From assembly GCA_976226885.1 (NCBI GenBank), contig OZ320313.1, positions 61,442,001-61,506,000 of the forward strand: DNA of 64,000 nucleotides. Direction: 5' to 3'. The stretch is from Iphione sp. A-MEVVRFRX5 (taxonomy: Eukaryota). The translations under genes and the position numbers were made by a program. Below, one piece after another: positions 9,439 to 23,600 of this stretch; the first letter of the stretch is position 1, and every line of letters begins with the position of its first letter. The notes beneath the pieces were generated by a model. The model did not search any database. It was not told where the DNA came from and saw only the letters and a program-made list of their open reading frames with translations.

Positions 9439-10986
9439 CCTGTCGAATATGAGCCAGTCTTGAATAGTGTTAGAACACAAAGCCTCAGCGTGATTTTCAA
9501 TGTTTTTCCTTTCCTCCTATCCCCCCTGTGGCATCTATTTGGCAGATTCCGTTCCTTCCTAGTGAGTTTGTCTCCATCGGCTCCATTCCTAAACTAGCAA
9601 AGCGTCAGCAGGACGACAAACAGGCCGAAGTTTGAGCAGCCCATGCCGGGCCCATCTGCCTCTCGCGCGCGCTGACACGGGAACCACCTTTGTCGGTGTC
9701 ATCTCCAGGGCAGGTGGGCAAACAGATGAGGACTAGGAAGAAGAGGAAAAAACGACAGCGGCGCTGGTTTGGATGGCAGCAGCTGTCTGCAGCATTGTCC
9801 GTAGAAGGCAAGCTGATCAGCGTGGATGGGATGAGTTATAATTATACTTCAGGCCTATGTGGATCCCAATTAGGATCAACGTCCTCTACTGTCTTCGTTG
9901 CCTTTGAGTTTAGGATATTAGTTTTCCGACAAAACACGAAACCTATGCCTGTTCCTGATGTCTGACGTTGCATACCTCCTGCAAATACCTCATTCTTTGC
10001 CAGGTTATTTTTAGTTAAGTCGTTGACTGTAAAATTGCCAGCTTAGATTTAATCTCGGTGAATTCCGTGTCGTATGTAATGATATTGTTGCAGGAGAAAG
10101 ACACTTGTGAGTAGAATACAGGGAAAAATGAAGTGAGACACTTTGTGCAAATGTTCAAGGTTGAAGAGGACACAAAGGGATTCAAAATAGATATAACAGG
10201 GTGTTCTACATTGAAGTTATATTATATTTTACCAATAATGCCTTTATACATTTGCAGTGAGCATATATTGCCTGTCTATACATGCCTTATCCCCGCCGAA
10301 GTTGCCATCATCTATAGTCATACTTACACTTCATGTAGCCTTTTGAGGCAAATCGAGAGAATCATTGCTGCATGTTCTCGGAATGTATTCTTTATTTATT
10401 GTAAACCTTCTCGTACCTCACGCAGTATAGCTACAGAGCTAATGTATCGCAGCGGGAGCATCAGTCAAATGACAAACTTTCCCGACTAATGGCTAATCAA
10501 TTATGACTAAGGGAACATCGCTCAAATAGACGGATTAAGGATTATGACCCATGGAATATGGAGGGCAAAACCTCTAAGAATAACTCCTAACACGATACGG
10601 TGTTCTACAGGGAAATGAGTTTATTTGCACTTAAATGCTTTTGCGTACACGTGCAGTTGCAGGAAGTACAAATGTAGTCTTCACAAAATATTTCCTGAAA
10701 GGAAATTTTTGTGGTATTGTGAGCGGCCATACTAAATCCAAGCAAGATGGTATATCCAAACCTTTTCATATTATATACAGTCGAGACTCAAAAACCTAGC
10801 AACGGCAGTTTCTGCCAATTTCGTTCGGTTTTCGGACTTTTGGGTTGTTGAATTGTGACCTAAGGCCACTTTTCTGTCCACCCTGGGAAGTCTGAGACCA
10901 GAGATACAAAGGCCTAGTGCTACTCTTACAAAATTTACTGAAAAATCGCAAAATAAATCAAATTCAGCGGAAATTTCTCCAAATTT

Positions 10987-11100
10987 CAGGCAAATCCAGC
11001 CAAAAACCGGCGAAAATCAGGCCCATCCAGTTAAAAAATAGTAAAGTTCAGGCAAATCCAGCTAAAAATCGTAAAACTCCGGCAAATCCAGCCAAAATCA
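10987..11100. repeat. Degenerate minisatellite, four units of about 31 bp
   Basis: Core caggcaaatccagc recurs at 10987, 11018 (variant), 11049 and 11079, each followed by an A-run. Confidence 0.7.
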
Positions 11101-14100
11101 TTCGAACTTCATATATAAATGTTTGGTTATATGAATATTTTAATAGTAAAAAATAATCCATTCGTGCAAATCCCTTTGGATTTGGGATAGTCCAGTTTTG
11201 GAGTGTTCGGTTTTTGAGATCCTTCTGTATCTATGTTGGTTGTTTGAAATTATGTTGGCAACACCGTGATAATCACTCCATTTCAACATTCAAAATAGCC
11301 TGTCTAGTTAGGTTTGGGTATATGTCACAGTTTCTTTTCAAAATCTTATGGAGATTTTGTGATCTTCTGCGTTTTTCTTTTTACAGCGGCATCAGGTAGC
11401 AAGCCCTAGCTGCTTAATTTGGACCCTTCTGAAAGTGAATGCCCAAAGATAACAAGATAGCTATCGTCTCGGTCGTGTTTCTTTTACGATGCTATGTTAG
11501 CATATTGGGTAGGAGATTACCTCAGTTTTGCGAATAAGTGGCACAATCTGGGATGCTTTCCGGACGGTGGACGTTATGTACGACTCTATAGTTCCTGAGT
11601 CAGTACAGTTTCAAATACATGTATACAGCGCATTGTTTCCAAGATGTTAGGTACATATATTACTGAGGCATGTTGTGGTGTCAAGAAATGCAATGCGTTC
11701 CTTCAAGCTGTCCTGTGACTTTTATGTCTTGATGATTTTTCCATATGGAGAAGACATCATTAATATTTCTGGGCCTTACGAGTGACTTTTGTCCATATGT
11801 GTAGTCTAAAGCAGAGCATCCAGTTATTATGTCAGCACAGGAAAACAAACCAACTACCTCTAACAAGGCACTGTGTTTTCCTCGAGGCAAAAACAATGAA
11901 TAATAGGAATCTGTTCAATAGGACTTTGGGGGTATTTCAGAATCACTGGTGCTATGCATTCTCAATACGTACCTGAGGGTTTACGGTTTTCTTGGTCTAC
12001 CTAGTAAGCCTCTGCAGACGGGGCGTTTGGACCGTACACCTCTCTACCTCATTATTCAAACAGAGGCTATCCACACCTGCGGTGAGTGACACCCTGTCAC
12101 CGAGGAAAATCCACTCTTCTTTTACACATCACCAATACTGAATTATTTATTGAGTGAGCTCTTTCTACATTCGAAACAATTCTTTCAAACTCAGGCACTA
12201 ACTTGGGTTATCAGAACGCTCTACAGCCGCAAAGTGGGGTCCAGTGATTGTGGTATTTTTACAAATACATCAGCATCAGCATCATATAGAGACTATTTTT
12301 CGGATTCAGTTTGACTTTGGGATTGTATGTACCCTGGTATTCTGGATGTCGAGGATTAAGGACAAATCTATGGCAGAACTGAGTTTCAATGTTAATCATC
12401 TGGCCGATTGGGACGCTCATTCAAACTGGATGGTCACGTTAAAGATGTTCATTTTGCTGTCTAAAACGATGTGTGCAAAGACATGAGGAAAAGTGTGACG
12501 AACGTTGTGAGGAGAGTACCACACACCAGACTAAATAACCTATACAAATAGATACTATAATGCATTGTTAAGCATAATTTAAGCCCTATTTTATCTAATG
12601 TACCTTTTAACTGATAGCTCCTTGTCAAGCGAAATAAGAGATGGGTAACGGGTGTAACACCTTTTTTGCCTAATATTACAGATATCAGTTTGGTTGATCA
12701 GGCTTTCTCGTTTCTCCATCTTGTTATGTCTCCCCGCCTCTCCTCACTGGCATCCTATCCTTTTCAACCTTGGGTCTTGCCCACACTCCCCACCTTACTC
12801 ACCCCTCGCATCTCCCTATCCCTTCACAAACCCGTCTTTGTTCTCTTCAAATCCACCACAGTCCGTAGCTCTCGATCCTATCACCTCCACCTTACTTTTC
12901 GGGCAACCCTGCTCTGCCTGATCTCCTTAGCCTCCATAGCTGCATTTCATGGCCACTTCGTCACTTCTTGCGACCAGTCAAAAAGGGACATCCTGGAGCC
13001 TGTGTAGCGCCGCCGATAATGCGACTGCCCAGGCCCTCACTGGTACGGCTGACGAGGCCCGTCTTGCTCGATAGAGAGGTCAGCTTTGGAGAGGGTAGTG
13101 GAGAGAGAGCGACTGGGATTGGCCGTTGGCGACGATGATGGCAGAGTAGGTCTTGTAGGGGGCATGGGAGAGAAGGACGAGGAGGAGTAGGACGAGGAGG
13201 AGGAGAATGGACCGGGGAAGCAAGAAGGGGGAGGCTGTGGCGACAAGGCCCCAGCAAATGTAAGAACCTGAAAGCGGCCTTGTCCACGCCCCTAACAGAC
13301 CCATTCATCACGATGGATGGTCAGGTTTACGCACATCTTTTCGTCTACTGGCCGACGCAACAGCTAGCAAAAAATGATGCCGGTTAAGGTAAGTGGCAAG
13401 CAAAGCAGGTTCCTTAGTGGTCGGGATGGGGACACCATGCATCAGTTTGAGTCTGCATGATGTGTGAAATATGGAGGAGAACGAAGGGCACTATGCATCA
13501 GCTCAAGTCTAATAATTATGTGAAACAAAAAAGACAAAAAGGTAAAGGAAAAAGGAGACCAGACCCTTGGGGATAAAGGATAAGCTTGATAGTTATGCTG
13601 GATGAGAGAAGTGAAACAGGAGACAGATAACAATGTGACACAATGTGGAGAATTCAACTCCCATACCTCATATTTCATTATAAATTTATACTGCCGTGTC
13701 AATAGCGAGAGGCGCTGGGGCGAGACAATCACTGCAGTAACCTTGATATGCTACGGTTGTGCTCGTGATTGAGGGGAGTATGGCCAAACCATTCCAATTA
13801 ATTGGACACAGGACAGCCTCAATCCCCAATAAGGACCACCGTCTTAAGGGATAAACCTTAAGTTCCCATGAGGCTGAAAAGGTAAGTTTAATACATCGGT
13901 TGATGGTCATGTATTTAATACATGGATAGGAAAGCGACTGGGGCCAAAAAAAGAACTTGGATGTAAAACGAGAACATGCACTAAGGTGGGTTTCACGTGA
14001 ACTAGTTTGTTCAATGGATAATTGAGCATAACTACCCATACTTAGGGATTTGTATGGAGCTATTCACATGCCTCTGTTATGTTAAAGGACATATTTGCGT

Positions 14101-17100
14101 TTCCGCCAACCCATTCAGGATGGGTAATAACAAAAATGTGTCCGTTTTTCCATAGCAAAGCGCTGCTTGAACACTTGTCTAAACATCTGGTATTTTATCA
14201 TTCATGCATCTTGATGGGGATCTAAACACAATTGTGCATTGTGCATGAAACATAAACATGTGCATGTGAAACATGCCTTACATTCTAGTGGCTACGTTTT
14301 TTACTTGAATGTAGTGTATACATATGTCTAGTGTCAAACACGTTGTCATTTCTATTTGTACGTTTATGCAGTACAGTAAAACACTATTCTAAGGACAGAC
14401 CAGAGATCATTTCAGGTTTTGAAATGGATCAGTACAGAAGGCACAGACACAAAACCAACCAAAGGAGAGGACGTGACCAGAAATCAAGACATTGCCGTGA
14501 ACACACCGTGCCTGGTGCACTATGTGTTGCACTGAATTTTCACTGTTCCATTAGCACCTCATACATGATTCCCATTGAATTAGAAAGAGGGAAGGCGAGG
14601 GGGTACGGAGAGTTGGAAAGAGACTTGGTGCATACTAATGCTCCTCATCGCCCCGAATATCAGAATACAGTAGAATGTCGGAGATGCGCATGATTCACAA
14701 ATGCCCATTATTTATGTTTCTTTACCATAAAGATTTCTTATACATTTCATATTAATATCTACATATATATACACACAATACCTATATGTGTGTGTTTCCC
14801 TGAATGTAGGTATTTCTGTTACCATTCCTAATACTGGACGGGTACCTTCCTGAACATTGCGATTGCCTAGAATTTAATTACAGTGCTACGCCCATCTCTT
14901 ATTGTTAAACTGGGATGGCACCTGAAATGTCAAACTCAGTAAGATTTGAAATTAAATTGAAATTCTTTAATGGGTTACGAATTCGTCTTACAATGGTGTT
15001 TTTCAACCGCACTCCCAACATGATAGACGTTCGTGATGATGAGTAACACGACCAGTATCAAGTATTTAACAATACCGTCCAACCTTAAATATAGTAACAA
15101 CCTGATGAAACAATGATTGCATAAGGTAGGCTCCTGACCTAATTATTAACACTGTCTTTATACATGTGTTTATTTACAGAGATATATTCTCTAGTTAACA
15201 TTGTAGATTTCGTGTACTGAGAGAGTGGCCACTCCTTTATTTATAATTATCACATAAGACTACATGTAACCATATATATCTCAGTGTATATAATATCATC
15301 ATCCTACATTTTTGGCCGGAGAGGTCATTTGATAACTAAATTGACCAGAACATGGTGATGTTAAATACCACAATGTAAAAAAATTGCAGCCACTCTGCTT
15401 AGGGGTCTTATCCGTCCATTTCCCCAAAGTCAACACGTCAATGCTTCCCGGCAAACCTGCGGGCTCCCAAATACCCATAATGATACCCAGCAAAAGCCAA
15501 CATCGGCTCTTTGCTGAGGTCTTAATGCGCTCCAAGTCTCCATAACTGGCGGAGGCCAATGTCACCACGTTTCAGAGCTCCCATGCGCCCCATCCCATGC
15601 CAAGCTTCAAAACCGCCAGGCGAGATGCTTTCAACGTTCATTTATATTTACTGGTATAAGAAAGCCAAGCAGGGAAGAGGCCCGCAGCGAGACCGTCCTG
15701 AATATTTCATAAACCCGTCAAAGTGGTAGCTATTTACACTGCTGTCATAGCTCGAGCTAATTTAGCAATCAGCTGCTGCCCACATCGAGTAAAGTGAGAA
15801 CTAATGAATCTTACAGAAAAGGCAGGAGGTAGGTTTAAAGATTATCAAGATTCAGGGATATATATCTAAATCCTAATTGCCTGAATGTTATTCTGCTTTC
15901 CCACGAAAGGAAATCCTGAACTGTTCTGTTTGCAATTTTTTACTTGCACTCTTCCTTCTAAGTGTATTTCTCATTACGTCGTATATACTTAATAATTATG
16001 CCACAATGTACATAATGCACAATGTCCATTTCACACCTAAAATATATTTCGCAAATCCATTGAAACTTCATGTTTTATGATTCTAAATATGACAACATGT
16101 ATATTTTTAGTGTTCTAAAGGTCCTGACGCTGAATGGAAACGATTCATGACAACAGAACCGATGCGTTCCGTATTAGTTCCGCTCGTTCACAGTAGGAGT
16201 GCACAGGAGGAAGGGATGTTTGTGTCAGGCTAACAACCTTGACGATTTCTGAATCCAGTATGGGCCCCGGGGGACCATCACCCTGGGTGCCCCTTCTTCT
16301 GGAGAGGTGATTTGTGGTTGTTTGGGAGTGTTGCGTGTGTAAGAATGTGGGAGCATCGTGGGTGAGTTACGATCACGACACCCCCTGGGAGTCGTACGTG
16401 AAACCAGCCTGGACGGATGTCGTCCGGTTTTTTAAGCAGGCGTTTTCTTAGTGCTTTTCAATTATTTATGTTTTATTTGTGCTCTGCGCTGATAGGTGTT
16501 TCACAGTGGAAACAATGCTATACGAACCAAACTCACAAGATAAAGGACAAAAAGTGGCGCAAGTGCATTAAAGGCCCACAGTATGAAGCATCGAACTTCG
16601 TGATATATTGCTAGAACAAATGCCTTCATAGAATATTGCCTTTTATCACTGTGCTATGAAGGGGCATCAGGCGTTATTTAAAAAGGTGCTTCGCAGTAAA
16701 CACGATAATGTAACATTCATTCCTTAGGAGCCATTTATGCGTAATTTAGGATTCTGTTCAGCCCAAAAGAATATGACATGGACATGAATTCATGTTGTCA
16801 TGAAAACCTACTTTCCCCTTGAAACCTCAGCTACATAGTCGCATGATACACGTTGCCTGTCAGTGGCTCGAAGTGTCTTCTGTTACAAGGCTTCGTGCGC
16901 CTCAAACCATAGGGCAGTGTCCCCAAGGTGATTTTCCAGCCCCGGAGCACCTAGCAATATACGACCCTTTCGGACATGGTCCAAACACACATATTTCTTA
17001 TTTAATCGTTTGGTACCACCCGATCCTCTTGGGAGACGCGTGGCTACACCTGTGCCCCGACTAAATCCTTTGGACAGCGTCCGCAGCACTCCGGGTGCGT

Positions 17101-17651
17101 TCTAATCACTGTCAGCAAGTGCTGTCACTTCCTCAGATAATGCAGTATGAGAGGAATGCTGCTGATATGCGGTTTAGGGTTCCTCTACATGAATTATTTT
17201 CTCCTACATTAAATATCCAAACATCCAAACACAAGGTTGAGTCTCTTCAAGTCTTAACCAAGGACATAATGCTAAAAGCATTTCTGACCGATTGCATTCG
17301 GACGACTCAAATGGCCCTCTTAAAATAAAAGAAAAACCGTTTCTGCATTCACACGTCTGAAAGTATTGCAGTTAGTGTTTCAGGAATATCGCATTTGGCA
17401 AAGTCCAGAGTTACTCACCCCAGCATCTAGCTGTTTAATCTTTTTGTCATTTTGAAAAGTGCTTTTCCCCGAAGACTTCGATTTTCCGATTTGCTGATGA
17501 CCCTCACCTTCTTTTAGATAGCATTTTGTTCCCCTTCACGTCTTGCTTAGTCGCTGAAAGTAAAGACTGCCACTTTAAATTAAAGAGTCTGGACACCGCG
17601 CGCCCGGAGAAAACGGCGGTTACTTTCTGCTGAGTGAGATTAATTCATTAT

Positions 17652-17697
17652 TGCAGTTATGCATTCTAGGTTTACTGCAGTTATGCATTCTAGGTTT
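17652..17697. repeat. Short tandem duplication (22-bp match, period 24)
   Basis: tgcagttatgcattctaggttt at 17652 and 17676. Confidence 0.9.
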
Positions 17698-20600
17698 TGT
17701 CAAATCCTATACATCTGATTACTCGCTAACGTATGGAAGCTGTACAACTCCCTACTACATGACGTCTGTTCCTTGGCAGGCTGGATAAGAACAAACTAAA
17801 TACCTAGCAGTTGTAAGATTTCACCGCTTGTGCGCACATAAGTACTTATAATAGCTACATCAGAATACAAGGGGGATTCAAATTTACACGAAAGTTGGCC
17901 TTTTAAATGATATCAGTGTCAACTAACAATACCTTAATTATTGATGATAATTTACTTTTTATTCAACACTGCAGTTGCACACTGAATTTAGTGAATTTCT
18001 TTTCATACGTTTAGAAAGCGAAATGTTTTTATCTGAATAATACTTGATAGTCAAATTTTCACATGATGTTTCGAAATGAGAGAGCATTAAGGAAAACATG
18101 ATCCTTACACTGAATTTAGGAACAAATTCTTTATGTGCTACAAAACAAAAAATGGACAGCCGTTATCGGCGTGAAGACCTGTGCCCTCCGGTTAGGTAAT
18201 TGTATAGTGATACTAGAGGTTACATGAGTTCAAGTAGTACATGTTACCACCAGCTCCCATCTGCGCTTTGCAAGCCATCCACAGCGCATGCACCTGTTGG
18301 TGCAGCACTGGCGGTCTTGTTCGTCATAAACCTCACTATTCAGCTACAGAATAGGGAGCGGAACTGGTTTGAATATTTTATGCGATTTTCTCCGCTGTCT
18401 GTTCGTACTGTCTGAATCCCATCTGAAATGTAGCCATGGATTGTTTACACTATAGCCGTGCGGTGTGTTTTCGGGTTAGAGACGGCTACAGTTCGACCTT
18501 TTCCATTATCAACAGTGTCTTATTACCCAATGTTTGGGTGCAAGTACGCTTTTTCCCCTTCTAGCTATGCCAGCATGAATACTAGATATTAATTATAGGC
18601 GTAGGCTGTAGCTTCACGATAGTTTTTACCCACCAAGACCTAATGATAGAGAGATAGGCAGCTTTCACTTGCCAATTACTTGCATCAACAACACATAAAA
18701 ATTATGCAGTGACAATCACAAGGTAAGGGACTTCATGAATCAATGTGTACCGTCCTACAATCAACCCATTTAGATTACTTATGTAAGGAAGAAAAGGCAT
18801 TTAGCTAATTGGTAGTCGTCTTGTAAAAATAAATGAGTTAATGATTCTCGGACATTTGTTGTGACTGCAGAGCACAAGAGGTAACAACTAGGCCGCGATT
18901 TTACGGTGCACATGGTGTCTGATATTATTTATGGTAAATGCCATGGACGATGATTATACGGCAAACTGTAAAAAAGAGTACATTTTTTCCTTAGGCATTC
19001 GTGATGTTCCAAATCTAGACACTCTTTTCAGGCCACTCTGGTCATGGTCTGCATCATGTAAAATCAAACCATTACATATCATTTCTGGTACAGTTGGCTT
19101 CATATAGGCACCTCAAATAACCAACAATAACATAACCAACAATTTCTGTTTAACATGCTATCCTGCTCCATTTCCTGCATAGCCACAGTCATGTGCATGT
19201 ACACAAGGAGCCAGTGTTCAGCCGCAAGTGAACTATAAACAACAGAAGGGAAACCTTGAGAAAAAGTGTTTGTTATTCATCGACCTGCACCTACAGTGGA
19301 TAAAACAGAAACACCGTCGTGTAAAAAGAGGAAGTAGGTTGTTCTTGCCGTTTCCCTAGTTATCCGACAGCTTATTAAAAACGCTCGATTGTGACATAAC
19401 CAACAAACGGGCACATTGGGACAAGGACGATAAGCATACTGCATACGGCGGGTTTCCACCCAGGGACGGACACAGACTGGCCCTCTCCTATTTCCTCTTC
19501 GGCCTGCCCGAAGCAATGAATTCCAAATGAGATAAGTATTTTATTTGCCTGCTCGGCCTGTGGAGTCAATTCACTCTGTTTGGGGCCAGTGTGGCGAATA
19601 TATGTGTCCCGGGTCTTTTTTTTGTAATTTACTCCTAGCTTCGCCAACTTCCTATGCCAACGCCATACTCACCCTGTCGGCGCTCATGCATACAGACGAC
19701 TATCTCCCCTCCGGAGATCAGTGGAGGAGATGGTCTCCAAGAAACAAACATGAAAAAGTGAGAGAATCAGAGAGAAGGGCACCAAAGAACGTCAGACATA
19801 TGATAGAAGAAAAGAGGTTATCGATCCGTGCAATAGACACAGCTTCAAAGGCAAGGAGAACGAGGTATGAAAGAATCTGATGAAAGAGAGCAATTGAGAA
19901 AGACAATAGGGGTAAGACGAGGAAGCATACGTACATACAACCGCTGCCAATTGTGGGGGCGATGTACATGTATCTGTACGCTTTTGTACTTGTAATTTTA
20001 AATACAGTGTACTGCACGGGACATAAAAATGTTGATATCCTTTCGTCCAACAATTGTGAATCAATTCTTGACACGACAAACGCTTCTTATCCAAATTAGA
20101 TTGAATTTTCCTATTAACGTCCTTGTAAATACAAGTCTGTAGACAGAAATGTTCAGCTGGTACGTAAAGCTTACATAAGTAATGCTGAGGCAAGTAGCGC
20201 ACGAAATATAGAATCACATTGTTTTCTCAATTTGTGTACTCTTCTATGTCCCACAGGTTTACTGCACCACATATAAATTTTGTATATCTTGTCATTTGCT
20301 GTGTGTTTTTGTACTAGTTGATTTTGATTGCCTTTCTACCTGATGAAATCTAACAATGCTTTCTATATATACATATTGAATAGATCACACATCACACAAT
20401 ATCTGGATTTTTTCACAAAGAAAACAACAAAATAGAGTGATTGTTGTTACATTCAACATTCCATAGTAAGCCTAGCGTCACCCACTATGTTTATGCTGAC
20501 AGGGTAAGTGAAATAAGCAATGTCAGTTCCCATATTAATAGACAAATGAACACCTTATTTGACATATCCTTACATTTCTTGTATTGTATATACTGTTATT

Positions 20601-23600
20601 GACTGGTCTTTTCGTTACCATATCAGAAAGCTAGACGTGCATAAATAATATTATATTATTTCTCGACCCCGCCAGCACACATTCTTGTCCTGTTAGTCTA
20701 AAAATAGGAGGCAGTTATATTGAATGTTTTAATGTAAGATCATTGTTCCTGTCTTAATTACTTGTAAAGTCTAAAGGCTTCAGTCCGCGGGTGTGTTCCT
20801 GGTGCATGCATGCGGGAATTGTCCAGCAAAGAATGTCAAACACCTCTCTTCAAATGCTCAGAAATGGAAAGATTCAATGACCGCGTGCTTTTCGCTCTTT
20901 CCTTCTCTATCCCTCAGTCTTTCTACTTATAGAAAATGGGGCAACAAATTCTTGCATACTTGCATCACGCACACAGACGCATCCTGTGCACTTTGGGGTT
21001 GATTTAATATGATAGCACAGACCGACATAGTGGGGTCTACGATATTGCTATTGGAATGAACTACCGACATCCAGTATTTCGATTGAATTTAGCTAAGATA
21101 TTTTTACAATGATCCATAAGTACTACTCTCATCCTATCATCCCATAAAAGTTATCATATTTACTAGCTATTATCTTTCGTCCTGCGTCCCCTTCTGGTTC
21201 TCGTTTTTTTCCATTAAGAGCGCCTCATTTAACAAGATGAAATCATTTAGAGTGGCCACACGTACCTACCACATCGCATTTGTGTATACCTGGAGTAAAT
21301 TTGTAAAAGCTTAGAGTCGATAATGCCACGCAAATGTGGTGTTCGTCTAAAATATATCGCCATACCAATGGTCTAGCTGATAACGCCCTACCAGTAAATG
21401 TCAAGCACAGTGTATTTCTGTAGGACCAACCTTCATGCTTCCGCCGCCGACAAATGTAAGCTACCCTTTGACCAACTAGAATGCTTCTCACTATTAAGTA
21501 GAATAATATACATGGACAATTGCGAAAACATGTTACGTCATACGTAGACGCGCAAAGAGACGGGAGTGCACATTTTCACATCGGAGCAGCATTCGTATAT
21601 GTTATGAGAAAACAGTATTTCCAGAATGAAAGAAAATACTCTTATGTCAAATACAAGGGTACATGGTCCATTATTGAGTTCTCGAATTTCTCTCCAACTA
21701 ATGAATGACCTTAACACTTTTCACTAGCCACACTCAAATAGCAGTGAAGGACCTTTGCCTAACGGTTTCAAAGATAGCTACATACATTTCAACCTCATGG
21801 TAAGTGTCTACCATTTGTGCCCCGCATCACATGGGGTGGTGTAAGAACACCGTTGTTCAACCTCCGTTATTACCTTGCGAGTCTTAAACCTCTCAAATCA
21901 ATCACACCTTGTTCACCTTCTTGTTTGACTTATTGTTTCACTGGCTTCATCTATTGAGAGGGAACAAGGAGTTGTCTTCACACCTGAATGCTTACGAAAG
22001 ACAGCTCATTTTGATGGCTTAGTAGTTATTGGTGGTAAGGGATGGTCATAAAGAGGTCAATTTTCCTGCCGTGCTGCCAAGGCTGAGTGAAAGGGTTCGC
22101 CCTCAGTGGCGTGGTCAAAAGACCTCTAGGTCCACCCTCTTGTCTCTACAAAATTCCTTTGTGTGAAAGGTTTTAGAATTAGCACCTGTTACATAGGACA
22201 ATCTTAACTCCGTGCTTTTATTCAATATTTAATTCATTTAACTTGAAGTGCCATCAGCGTTGGGGTGTTGTTTCATGTACCATCGAGTTACAACTCGCTG
22301 TTAGGATTTCTGCAAAAGGTTGAAAATATTATATTTCTATCCCTTGCTATGGTCCAGAAAAAAACGAAGGTGGGAGGAAGGCGGGATGCCAAATGTGCAC
22401 TATCAGAAACCCCGTGTTTCCTTGGCAAATCAGATTTGCTGGATCAGATTTGCACCGGGCCTAAGGATTGAATTCACTGGCTTTAACTAATTTATGCCGA
22501 GGCCTTTGGCCAGCCCCCACAAATCCTTCTCTCGCTCCAGCCTCTTTCAAAGGGTTCTCGGGCTTGATAGGGGGCTCCTGAAATACTTGCAGATGATCAC
22601 AGGTCGACTGAATATTAAATCAAATGTAGGAACATGAAACGACAGTGGAATGAAATCAGAACAAGACGAAAGCACAAACAGAAAGCCAATACAACCTAAT
22701 CCTGCATCCCGGAATGACTCTGTTACAAACAGCTTCTGACAAGAGGCATCGTTCGACAAACACTTGCAAGGGAGAAAGACTCGTATGCTGTCAAACAATA
22801 CATGTATATTATTGTGACAGTTACATAATCTCTACTTTCGCTGCTTTCCAATAAACTACCACCCTGATGAAGGTAAGTATCGCCAACAAGGCAAGAAAAT
22901 GTCTACAAAAAAGATGAGTATTATATACATGGCGATTGCTCTCCCTTCATTAGGCGTTTCTATATGCAGGTCTTTCTTGCGCGAGTGCAGTCACCAGCGC
23001 TGCCAGTCGGAAGAAAGCAGAAGGAACTACCATTGCATGATTAATGGAACTTCATTCGTGATGTATGTTTGCCTGATAAACCCAATTCTTCCCTCTCGCC
23101 ATGTAAGAAGCATTCCCTGTGCTTAGTAAGCACTACATTGCCAGAATATTACTCGAGGTAATATCTATCGTTATCAGACATGTGCATACAAATGTATTAA
23201 ATTGGTTTCGAAAGGTGTACAGATCAGATTTTACGTTTACATTTGTAGACAACCACAACAGGATGCATAATTATGTACAATATACTATGGGTAGGACACT
23301 TGAGTACTAGATACATGTATAGCATTGGTGTTGGCAGACTCTATCCCGGAAAACTAGGCAAGACTATAAGCCGCTGACAAAGTAGACAGACAATATTTGC
23401 GAGTGACACCACTGTGTGAAGAAGAGAAGCGTAAAATCTTTCATGCTGTAATAATCATTGTTCGCCCGATGTAAATAATAAACGATGGTTCTGGTGATGA
23501 CTGTGATGATGTTGCCCTCTCCGAATGATGATGCCGCTAGGGGCCAGCGGCGCTGTTAATGATATGGCGGCAACGAAGAAACCGTCGTGGTTTACCCGTG

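Noticed and set aside
9605-9965. GC-rich patch with basic ORF MRTRKKRKKRQRR
   Set aside because: Basic run explained by a purine-rich tract; no splice structure or family motif.
12961-13311. SRIIGGATQAPGCPF resembling a trypsin activation site
   Set aside because: Frame ends a few codons later, upstream is low-complexity Pro/Ser from a pyrimidine tract, and no catalytic motifs follow.
14081-14110. TTAAAGG-type starts suggesting Kolobok ends (also near 17580, 33690, 41338)
   Set aside because: No matching inverted partner found for any of them.
15299-15568. AGLPGSIDVLTLGKW resembling the end of a YR domain
   Set aside because: No HxxR upstream or Tyr downstream in any frame.
19673-19734. 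Minus-strand exon candidate with a good donor (cagg|gtgagt)
   Set aside because: Acceptor is GAG, which is rare; length 62; no recognisable peptide.
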